Shown piece after piece: positions 46,406 to 54,158 of a stretch of 64,000 bases of DNA. The notes under the pieces were generated by a model that saw only the letters and a program-made list of their open reading frames with translations, was not told the origin of the DNA and searched no databases. Origin of the DNA: Acidobacteriaceae bacterium (GTDB taxonomy: Bacteria; Acidobacteriota; Terriglobia; Terriglobales; Acidobacteriaceae); NCBI GenBank assembly GCA_036521315.1, contig DATDHZ010000080.1, forward strand, positions 116,756-180,755, in the 5' to 3' direction. Made by a program: the position numbers and the translations under genes. Within the stretch, counting starts at the first letter, position 1. Each line of letters opens with the position of its first letter.

Positions 46406-47251
46406 TCAGACGCGCAGCACTTCGATGCCCAGCTTCTGATAGGGCGCGATCAGTTCATCCGTCGCGCCGCTGTCGGTGATCAGGGTGCGCAGTAAAGTGG
46501 TTTCGCAGATGCGCCAGTTTGCCACGACGTTCAGCTTTGTATGGTCGACGACGGCGATGTGTCGTCGCGCATGGCGTGCCATGGTGGCGTTCAGCTCCGC
46601 TTCATCGGCGTTGAAACAGCTGACGCCCCACTGCGGATCGATGCCGTCGGCGCCCACAAACATGGTGTGAATGAGCATATTCTCAAGGCTGCGAATCGCT
46701 GTCGGCCCCACCAGCGAGAACCATTCACCGTGCAGATGCCCTCCCGTGACGAAGACGTTAATGTCCTTCCGCTTCGAAAGCTCCATCGCGATGTTCGCAG
46801 TGTTTGTGACGACGGTGATTTTGCTGTTGAGCGGCAATCCGCGAATGATCTCCGCCGTGGTTGTGCCTGGCGTGATGGCGATCGTCTCTCCGGAGGTGAT
46901 GAGCGCGGCCGCAGCCCGTCCAATGCGCCGCTTCTCGTTCGCCTGCCGCTCCACCTGCGCTGTGAATGAGCGGTCCTTCTTGAAGGGCTCGTAGAAGAGC
47001 GGCTCGATAGAGACTGCTCCGCCGTGCGTGCGCCGCAGCAGTCCCTGTTGTTCCAGCAAGTCGAGATCGCGCCGGATGGTCACGACAGAAACGCTGAGCA
47101 GTTCGGCCAGCTCGTCGACCACCACCGAGCTGGTGTCCTGCAAAGAAGTCAAAATCGAGTTGATCCGCTGCTGTTGCTTTTCCCGGCTGTGTGATGCTTC
47201 TGCGTTGCCGCCTGCCGGCGTTGCTTTCTTCTTCTTCGCTCGTTTGACCAT
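46406..47251 (-). CDS. DeoR family transcriptional repressor with a Lys-rich N-terminal tail.
   Basis: MVKRAKKKKATPAGG... then VVVDELAELLSVSVVTIRRDLDLLEQQGLLRRTHGGAV (DeoR HTH) and a DeoRC-like C-terminus. ATG 47251 is preferred over ORF-track start 47320. Confidence 0.85.
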   Translation of the reverse strand: MVKRAKKKKATPAGGNAEASHSREKQQQRINSILTSLQDTSSVVVDELAELLSVSVVTIRRDLDLLEQQGLLRRTHGGAVSIEPLFYEPFKKDRSFTAQVERQANEKRRIGRAAAALITSGETIAITPGTTTAEIIRGLPLNSKITVVTNTANIAMELSKRKDINVFVTGGHLHGEWFSLVGPTAIRSLENMLIHTMFVGADGIDPQWGVSCFNADEAELNATMARHARRHIAVVDHTKLNVVANWRICETTLLRTLITDSGATDELIAPYQKLGIEVLRV

Positions 47252-47501
47252 GCCATGCCCTTTCCGGCGCTGCTTATCCCTCTCGCTCGCGAGCTTTTCC
47301 CATCCGAAATCACGACACAACCGAAAACCTTAGAAATCGAACGAGATGTTTATATCGGAAAGTTGCCGTGTTCGAAAGTGACGAAAAGAATCCCGAATGA
47401 AAAGCGGGACTCCGCTCGCCTGCCGGACCGGGGCGGGGAATTCTGAGGCTGGAATCCCGAACTGAGCATGACGGGGATGTAGATTTATTGCTAATTCGGC
47501 A

Positions 47502-47559
47502 AAAACGAACATGACTTATGATTGTTATCGTTGAAAACGAACAAACAATCTGCTACGAT
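47502..47559 (+). promoter_or_regulatory. Direct 10-bp repeats AAAACGAACA (47502-47511, 47534-47543) overlapping a TTGAAA-17-TACGAT promoter of the cupin-PGI operon.
   Basis: TTGAAA 47531-47536 and TACGAT 47554-47559. The -10 ends only 11 nt before ATG 47571. An imperfect complement TGTTATCGTT lies at 47523-47532. Confidence 0.45.
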
Positions 47560-47570
47560 TCCTTCCTGTC

Positions 47571-48158
47571 ATGAAAAGCTCTGCTCCTGGGCCTCCGGCC
47601 GTCCTCGCTCCTCCTGTTTTGCTGGACCTGGCTCGCGGGGTCATGGCCGGCGAGGGGATCATCGAAAGCCGCAAGACCTTCGGCGAATTGGCGAATGTCT
47701 TCCGCGATCGCGCCGCGTACGCGCACTTCGATCCGGCAGGCGAGATCTACCGGGTCCGCTCGTGGATGCCGGTTGTTTCGGGTACTGAGGGCGGTCTATT
47801 CCTGGGCGTGACGGTGCTGCAGCCAGGAAAAGTAGGGGACGAATACTTCATGACGCACGGTCACTTTCACGCGAATCCCACACGCGCCGAATACTACGCC
47901 ACCGTCTCCGGCAGCGGGATGCTTATCCGCATGGATCGGGAGCGCCGCACCTGGGGGGAACCAATGGCTCCCGGTTCCCTGCACTACATTCAGGGCGAGC
48001 ATGCGCATCGCGTCGCCAACACCGGCAGCGTGCCGCTCATCTTCTGGGCGTGCTGGGGCAGCGATGCCGGCTATGACTACGGAACGATTGCCGAACGCGG
48101 CTTCGGAGCCCGCCTGGTGGAGCGCGAGGGCCAGCCGGTGTTCCTCGCCGAAGAGTGA
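47571..48158 (+). CDS. Cupin-type (archaeal-type) glucose-6-phosphate isomerase.
   Basis: TVLQPGKVGDEYFMTHGHFHANPTRAEYYATVSGSGMLI and SDAGYDYGTIAERGFGARLVEREGQPVFL align with Pyrococcus furiosus cPGI (TVLYPGKVGKEFFFTKGHFHAKLDRAEVYVALKGKGGMLL; ADAGHDYGTIAEKGFSKIVIEENGEVKVV) as I recall it. Confidence 0.85.
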   Translation: MKSSAPGPPAVLAPPVLLDLARGVMAGEGIIESRKTFGELANVFRDRAAYAHFDPAGEIYRVRSWMPVVSGTEGGLFLGVTVLQPGKVGDEYFMTHGHFHANPTRAEYYATVSGSGMLIRMDRERRTWGEPMAPGSLHYIQGEHAHRVANTGSVPLIFWACWGSDAGYDYGTIAERGFGARLVEREGQPVFLAEE

Positions 48159-48162
48159 TCCA

Positions 48163-48948
48163 GTGACTACGGACCTCTTCGATCCCGGCTTTGCGATCCG
48201 CCTCGACCCCGACAGCCTCGGGTTTCAGTATGGCCCCGGCGTCTTCGGCCCTGCTCCGGAACTGCGACGACTCGACGACATCCGGCCAAGCCTGCGCGAT
48301 CCGCAGTGCAGCGGCCCCGATCCGGTATACGGGATCGCGATGGACGTGGGGAAAGAGGAGGATCGTGCGGAGTTGCAGCGGCGGTCTCTGCTCTTCGGCG
48401 TGGTGGTCTACGCCAGCGGCCGGCTGGGCGAGGAGCCGGTGCGCAGCCAGGGCCACGTCCACGCCATTGCACCGCATTGCGGGTGGTCTACGCCGGAGCT
48501 GTTCGAGATTTGGGAAGGCCGCACCGTCATCTACGCACAGCAATCCGCCGGTGACGATCCCGGCCGCTGCATTGCCGTCGAAGCCGGCCCTGGCGATCAT
48601 GTTGTTGTGCCGCCGGGCTGGGCGCACGCGGTCATCAACGCGAGCGAATCGGAGCGGATGGTCTTTGGCGCGCTTTGCGAACGGCAGTATGGGTTTGTTT
48701 ACGATGAAATCCGCGCCCACGGAGGTCTCGCGTGGTTTCCCCTGCTGCGCGACGGAGGCGTGGAGTGGCAGGCGAACCCGCGGTACGCGTCTTCCCTGCT
48801 GAGCGTTCGCGCCGCACGCCAATATCCGGAGCTCGGAGTGGCTCCGGGCGTGCCGATCTATCGGCAGTTCGAAGATCATCCGGACCGCCTGCAGTGGGTT
48901 TCGGAACCGGCTCGCGCCGCTTCGTTCTGGACCACCCTGGAGCCCTGA
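48163..48948 (+). CDS. Second, divergent cupin-fold glucose-6-phosphate isomerase family (PF06560-like) protein.
   Basis: GTG 48163 lies 5 nt after the upstream stop and is in frame with ORF 48001-48948. GEEPVRSQGHVHAIAPHCGWSTPELFEIWEGRTVIYAQ...GDHVVVPPGWAHAVINASESERMVFGALCERQYGFVYDEI reproduces the HxH...E...H cupin metal-site spacing. Confidence 0.62.
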   Translation: MTTDLFDPGFAIRLDPDSLGFQYGPGVFGPAPELRRLDDIRPSLRDPQCSGPDPVYGIAMDVGKEEDRAELQRRSLLFGVVVYASGRLGEEPVRSQGHVHAIAPHCGWSTPELFEIWEGRTVIYAQQSAGDDPGRCIAVEAGPGDHVVVPPGWAHAVINASESERMVFGALCERQYGFVYDEIRAHGGLAWFPLLRDGGVEWQANPRYASSLLSVRAARQYPELGVAPGVPIYRQFEDHPDRLQWVSEPARAASFWTTLEP

Positions 48949-48955
48949 AGACCGC

Positions 48956-51205
48956 ATGAAAGCTTTCGATCGCCGTACGTTCCTTACCGGCAGCGCCGCC
49001 GCTGCCCTGGTCACCGGGCTCGAACGGCCCGCCTCCGCCGCCCACCAGGGAAGGCACCCTGCGCCAGTCGCGACCGACCAGGCGGACTCGTTCAACGCAG
49101 TCGTGGACTTCCGCTATGCTCCCGCGGATTATCAATCGACGATTTGCTTCCCCGATGATCCCTTCAAGACGCTGGTCGGCAAGTGGGGCGATCTACGCTG
49201 CGACTTTCCCCACGATCAGTTCGCGCCGATCAATCAGTTCGGAACCATCGTGGAGTTCACGCTCTCTGGCATGGGCCGCGATACCTGGGCCGCACAAACG
49301 ATGGAGGCGCCCGGCGTCCCCATTCTCCATACGCGTCTCGAACGGGCCACGGCGACTATCGAGCTGATCGCATTCTGCACGCGCCGCGAAAATGAAGGGC
49401 GCGTCGACAACGTGCTCATGGAGATTCGCGCTCGCGACGAGGACGCAATGGTAACCCCGCTGGTCCGGATCCGCTCCGGCGAGAAATTTCAATGGAAGCC
49501 GACGCCCTCCGGCATTACCAGCGTGACGCGCGGCACAGGGCAGAATCCCTGGATGGTCGCCATCCCGCAGGACAACGCATCGCGTGATGTCTCCTGGTTA
49601 CCGGAGGAAGGCGGCTACCGCCTCACCCTCGAGCATGGAACAGCGAGCCAGACACGCCCGCTGCGCTACCTCTTCCGATTCCCGCAGTCCGCAACCCCCC
49701 CCGGCCTCGACACCTCCGCCACTGCGGACGAACTGCTCGCCGAGGTGCGTTCATGGTGGACCCAGTGGCGCGCATTCAGCGCTCCCGTCTCGTGGTCGAT
49801 CCCAGGCACGCAGGGTGAGTTCCTCACCGCCTGCGCGCGCAATATCCAGCAGGCGCGGGAAGTGAAGAACGGACGCCTCGTCTTCGAAGTCGGCCCCACC
49901 GTCTACCGCGGACTGTGGATCGTCGATGGCAATTTCATTCTCGAAGCCGCGCGCTACCTCGGGTTCGATGAAGCAGCCGACCAGGGCCTGCTTTCGGAGT
50001 GGAATCAGCAGGTCTCCACCGGCCAGATCATCGCGTCGGGCGGCAAGGAGCACTGGAAGGACACGGCGATCGCCATGTTCACACTGGTGCGCGCCTGCGA
50101 GCTGAAGCAGGACTGGTCGCTGCTCCGCCGGCTGGCGCCTAACGTCGGCCACGCCATCGAGTTCCTCATCCAGCTGCGTGACGATGCTCGCAAGGATGAT
50201 TCCCCGAACGGCCGTTACGGCCTCCTGGCGCCTGGATTTCCAGACGGCGGCATCGGCGGCGTCTGCTACGACTTCACCAACACGCTGTGGACGCTGGCCG
50301 GGTTGCGTGCCGTCGCCACCGCGAATCAAAGGCTGCAAATCGCCGACCTGTCGCGCGCCGACGGCTTTTACCGCGAGCTGCGCACCGCTTTCGACGCCGC
50401 CGCGCGCGCAGAAATGGTTCACGACCCGCGTGGCTTCACGTACCTGCCCATGCTCATGCACGACGATCCGCAGATGCATCTGGACCCGTGGGATCGTCCT
50501 CGTCCGCAAAGCGCGCAGTGGGCGCTCTCCCACACCATTTTTCCTGGAGACGTGTTTGCGAAGGATGATCCCGTGGTGCGCGGCCACATCGCGCTCATGC
50601 AGGCCTGCACGCAGGAGGACATTCCCGCGGAAACCGGTTGGCTGCACCACGAGGGCGTGTGGAATTACAACGCGGCGTTCGTGGCGGAAGTTTACCTGTG
50701 GGCCGGAATGCGCGAGTGGGCGCATCGCGCCTTCACCGGATACCTGAATCATGCTTCGCCGCTGCATGCGTGGCGCGAAGAACAGCCTCTGCAGCACGCG
50801 CTGCTCGGAGATTTATGGGGCGATATGCCGCACAACTGGGCCAGCGCGGAATGCATTCGCTATTTGCGCCACCGGCTTGTGCTCGAAGACAGCGAAACGC
50901 TGCGCCTGCTCGAAGGCGTACAGCCGACGGATCTGCTGGATCGCCGTCCCTTTTCTCTCGCTGGATCACCGACCCGCTTCGGCCGCGTGGCGCTTTCCGC
51001 GGAACCTTCAGGAAAGCGCGGATGGAAAGCGCGTTTTACCCGCGAAGCCTCCGCAGCGCCGCCGCAGGCCGTGCGAATCCCAGCCACGCTGGGCGCCGGA
51101 GCCGCCTTCACGCGCGTCGAAGGCGCGAGCACTCGCACACTCGCATCGGGGACGATCAGTATCGACCCTGCCGCAAATTCCTGGACTGCACTCTGGGAAA
51201 GCTGA
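48956..51205 (+). CDS. Tat-exported (alpha/alpha)6-barrel-like protein; putative glycoside hydrolase of unrecognised family.
   Basis: Twin-arginine signal MKAFDRRTFLTGSAAAALVTGLERPASA. Helix-rich repeats follow (GLWIVDGNFILEAARYLG, WKDTAIAMFTLVRACEL, TNTLWTLAGLRAVATA, WNYNAAFVAEVYLWAGM, DMPHNWASAECIRYLRH). Confidence 0.45.
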   Translation: MKAFDRRTFLTGSAAAALVTGLERPASAAHQGRHPAPVATDQADSFNAVVDFRYAPADYQSTICFPDDPFKTLVGKWGDLRCDFPHDQFAPINQFGTIVEFTLSGMGRDTWAAQTMEAPGVPILHTRLERATATIELIAFCTRRENEGRVDNVLMEIRARDEDAMVTPLVRIRSGEKFQWKPTPSGITSVTRGTGQNPWMVAIPQDNASRDVSWLPEEGGYRLTLEHGTASQTRPLRYLFRFPQSATPPGLDTSATADELLAEVRSWWTQWRAFSAPVSWSIPGTQGEFLTACARNIQQAREVKNGRLVFEVGPTVYRGLWIVDGNFILEAARYLGFDEAADQGLLSEWNQQVSTGQIIASGGKEHWKDTAIAMFTLVRACELKQDWSLLRRLAPNVGHAIEFLIQLRDDARKDDSPNGRYGLLAPGFPDGGIGGVCYDFTNTLWTLAGLRAVATANQRLQIADLSRADGFYRELRTAFDAAARAEMVHDPRGFTYLPMLMHDDPQMHLDPWDRPRPQSAQWALSHTIFPGDVFAKDDPVVRGHIALMQACTQEDIPAETGWLHHEGVWNYNAAFVAEVYLWAGMREWAHRAFTGYLNHASPLHAWREEQPLQHALLGDLWGDMPHNWASAECIRYLRHRLVLEDSETLRLLEGVQPTDLLDRRPFSLAGSPTRFGRVALSAEPSGKRGWKARFTREASAAPPQAVRIPATLGAGAAFTRVEGASTRTLASGTISIDPAANSWTALWES

Positions 51206-51206
51206 G

Positions 51207-52937
51207 CTAAACGCGCACGCGTGCCTGAATCGTGCCCAGCTCCCGCGCGGGGTTCGGCGTGCAAGGACGAATCGTATAGGGCCCCACCGCGGCCGGGATG
51301 ATGAAAGTCTCCGCATAGTGAACGACAAACGGCGCAAACGCGTCCGTCGGGCTTTCCACCACCGCCGCATCGCCTTCAATCAGATTGAGGACGTGCACGG
51401 TACCCTTCGTATCGTGCGGCACCGTGCCGGTGAACCAGTGGCGTCGCGTCTCAATGAACTCCAGCTCGTGCAGCCCGGTGCGCTCTTCGCGCCAGCCTTC
51501 CCCGCTCGCCGTCGCCTCCACGCGATTGATCAGCGACCGCCGCACCCACTCCGTCGTCCGGCTCCACTGGATATTGGCTTCGCCATACCGCAGATGGATC
51601 GGCCGCGGCCGTCCGTCCAGCCCCACCCGTCCCCAGTCCCACAGCTTGAACGTGAAAATGTACGGCGTGGCGCTGATCTCCAGCACCATGCTGTCCTTGC
51701 CGGAGCAGTGCACTGTGCCCGCGGGAATCAGAAAATGATCGTGCTTCTTCGCCGGAAAACGATTGACGTACTGCCCTGCCGGAAAATCGAAGTCCTCTTC
51801 CTGCGCACGATGCAGATCGCGCAGCATCGCGCTCTTGTCCACGCCTTCCTTCAGCCCCAGATACACGCACGCGCCCGGCTCCGCGTCCAGCATGTAGTAG
51901 CTCTCGTCCTGCGTGTAATCCATCCCGAAGTGCTCGCGAATAAACGACGGCAGCGGATGCACCTGCAGCGACAGATTGCCTCCGCCGACGGTGTCGAGGA
52001 AATCGAATCGAATCGGAAACTCTGCCCCGAAGCGCTCGACGATCACGTTGCCCAGCAGTTCCTGCGGGTGCGCCAGCACCAGATTGATCGACGGAACCTC
52101 CACGCGTTCCGCCCCGAAGCCCAGCAGCAGGCTGTTCTCCTCCGGAACGCAGTCGAAGCACCAAGCATGATTCGGCGCATCGCCCGCCGGAACACCGCAC
52201 ACCCGCTCCATCCAGTGCCCGCCCCACGGCCCCGGATCAAAGAACGGAACGACGCGGAACGGTCGCCGGACAACGTCGCGCAGGCAGCGCCGGAACACCT
52301 CACCGCTGATCGCCTTCGGGTACCCGGGCACACTCGTATCAAGCAGCACGCCGATGTGGTCGAAGAGGCGCATTTTCAGACGGTCTGCTGAGCGCCAGTC
52401 GACAAAAAATGATCGCTTGTACTTGAGGGACGGCGTCTCTTCCAAATTTTCCGCGCCGAAGTTGCCGCTCTCATTGCGCCGCTGCCGCATCTGGATTTCC
52501 CAGCGCGCCAGATCGGCGTACGCCAGCACATCGGAAGCCGGGCAGACCAGCGAAGCCCCCGTTCCAATCACCACCACAGCCGCATCATCCTGCGCGCATT
52601 GTTTCTGCGCTTCCGCCAGTTTCTCCGCGTCGAGGAAATCGGCAATCTCGATCGTGTTCATCCGGCCGAAGACCGGATCGCCGCCCAGCACCGGCTCCAG
52701 CATTGCGCCGATTTCTTCAGGTGAACGCAGCAGCGCATTCGCATCGATGAAGCAGGCTTCCGGCAGCGCCTGCCGCAGCCCGCGCTCCACTTCCGCGAGA
52801 TGCACGCCCGGATAGCACTCCACCACGAGTTTGCCGCGCGCTCCGACGCGCTCGTGCAAGTGCGCACCAATGCGCGCCCAGCCGGTCAGGCACTCGCTGG
52901 CGCTGCCCGCCTCCACGCATGGAAACCTATCGTACAA
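51207..52937 (-). CDS. Class I mannose-6-phosphate isomerase (cupin) with a ~230-aa N-terminal extension.
   Basis: FFDPGPWGGHWM, FPIRFDFLDTVGGGNLSLQVHP, QDESYYMLDA and IPAGTVHCSG match type I PMI motifs. TTG start at 52937 with GGAGAG 7 nt upstream. 11-nt overlap with the ROK gene stop. Confidence 0.72.
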   Translation of the reverse strand: MYDRFPCVEAGSASECLTGWARIGAHLHERVGARGKLVVECYPGVHLAEVERGLRQALPEACFIDANALLRSPEEIGAMLEPVLGGDPVFGRMNTIEIADFLDAEKLAEAQKQCAQDDAAVVVIGTGASLVCPASDVLAYADLARWEIQMRQRRNESGNFGAENLEETPSLKYKRSFFVDWRSADRLKMRLFDHIGVLLDTSVPGYPKAISGEVFRRCLRDVVRRPFRVVPFFDPGPWGGHWMERVCGVPAGDAPNHAWCFDCVPEENSLLLGFGAERVEVPSINLVLAHPQELLGNVIVERFGAEFPIRFDFLDTVGGGNLSLQVHPLPSFIREHFGMDYTQDESYYMLDAEPGACVYLGLKEGVDKSAMLRDLHRAQEEDFDFPAGQYVNRFPAKKHDHFLIPAGTVHCSGKDSMVLEISATPYIFTFKLWDWGRVGLDGRPRPIHLRYGEANIQWSRTTEWVRRSLINRVEATASGEGWREERTGLHELEFIETRRHWFTGTVPHDTKGTVHVLNLIEGDAAVVESPTDAFAPFVVHYAETFIIPAAVGPYTIRPCTPNPARELGTIQARVRV

Positions 52938-53859
52938 AGCCGCTCTCCTGCTGAAACAAAGGAACCACGCCGAGCAGCGCCGCGTCGTTGCCCAGCCGCG
53001 CCGCCCGCACCGCCGGATTGCCCCATGGCGTCCACGCGTAGCGATTCACGTAGTCCTGAATGAAGGGAAGAATCACATCGCCGCTCTTCATCACCCCTCC
53101 GCCGTAGAGCAGCACGTCGGGATCGAAGGCGTGCACGGCCGCGACCGCCGCGGCGCCCCACACGCTCAGACAATGCTGTTGCACTTCCTGCGCGACCCGA
53201 TCGCCGGCCGCCGCGCAGGCAAATACGTTTTCGAAATTGATCTCCAGCCCCCGCAGCGCGCTCGCGGCAAAGCCCGGCCACTCCGCGCATACCAGCGGCA
53301 GCGACCAGCCTGACGCTTCCGACTCCGCACATCCGATCGCTCCACAGGTACACTTGCGGCCGTTGAACTTGACAGGGACATGACCGCCCAGCACGCCTGC
53401 CTGGCCGTGTTTGCCCTGGAGCGGCCGTCCATCCATCATGGCGACGCCACCGATGCCCGTGCCGAGCGTGAACATCACCACGTCGGTTTCGCCCTGGGCC
53501 GCGCCCGCCGAACACTCGCCCAGCAGCGCCAGGCGCGCATCGTTCTCAAGATTCAGTGGCAGGCCGAACTGGCTCTGCGCCCACGCGCGCAGATCGAGGT
53601 CCACGGCGTCCACAAATTTTCCGTTGGTCGACGAGACGCGCGAGTTGCGCGCATCCACGAGCCCGCAGAATCCGAATCCCACACCCTGCGCGCTGCGCTC
53701 GTCGTCGAGCCGGCGCAGCACATCCGCTATCTCCGGGAGAATCGTACCCAGCGCGACGCCGTCACCGAATGTGATCGCGTCCCGCGCCACGATCGCCTGA
53801 TCTTCGACGAGCGCGCATGCGGCGTGGCTGCCTCCCAGATCAACCGCCAGGATTCTCAT
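52927..53859 (-). CDS. ROK family sugar kinase.
   Basis: MRILAVDLGGSHAACALV (ATP-binding DxGG), GTGIGGV, and the zinc motif CTCGAIGCAESEASG. ATG 53859 is preferred over ORF-track start 53997. Confidence 0.85.
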   Translation of the reverse strand: MRILAVDLGGSHAACALVEDQAIVARDAITFGDGVALGTILPEIADVLRRLDDERSAQGVGFGFCGLVDARNSRVSSTNGKFVDAVDLDLRAWAQSQFGLPLNLENDARLALLGECSAGAAQGETDVVMFTLGTGIGGVAMMDGRPLQGKHGQAGVLGGHVPVKFNGRKCTCGAIGCAESEASGWSLPLVCAEWPGFAASALRGLEINFENVFACAAAGDRVAQEVQQHCLSVWGAAAVAAVHAFDPDVLLYGGGVMKSGDVILPFIQDYVNRYAWTPWGNPAVRAARLGNDAALLGVVPLFQQESGFVR

Positions 53860-53996
53860 TGCGCACCCCCCGAAAGCCGGAAGCGCAACTGGACCCGCGG
53901 GACACAGAAGCACAACGGACCCGACTTCCGCGGAGTTGGCTCGTTCCGAAAAAGTTCGAGCAGCGTCATGGCAGGACAAACCAAGCCTGAACCGCA

Positions 53997-54021
53997 ATCA
54001 TAGCAGGTAAATGTTCGTTTT
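53997..54021 (-). promoter_or_regulatory. AAAACGAACAT-TTAC-CTGCTATGAT module upstream of the ROK-PMI operon, near-identical to the cupin-PGI promoter module.
   Basis: The minus-strand reading of 54021-53997 is AAAACGAACATTTACCTGCTATGAT. Compare AAAACGAACAAACAATCTGCTACGAT at 47534-47559. Confidence 0.45.
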
Positions 54022-54158
54022 AGGCGTAAAAGAACACGAATAATGATCGAATTCCATTGCATCGCCCACAGTCTCCACTCGGAACGCACTCCTGCCCCGT
54101 GGAATCGGGTCCGCAGCGAAGTCCCTGCTTTCCCGGGTGCGCCAGCCGCGGCAATCGC

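Noticed and set aside
47252-47570. 60-63-aa ORFs (47255-47446 plus, 47330-47512 minus) in the AT-rich 320-bp intergenic region.
   Set aside because: The region is the most AT-rich in the window and is dense in repeated ACGAA(A/C) elements and promoter-like hexamers. The ORFs have no RBS or motif and are read as a regulatory region.
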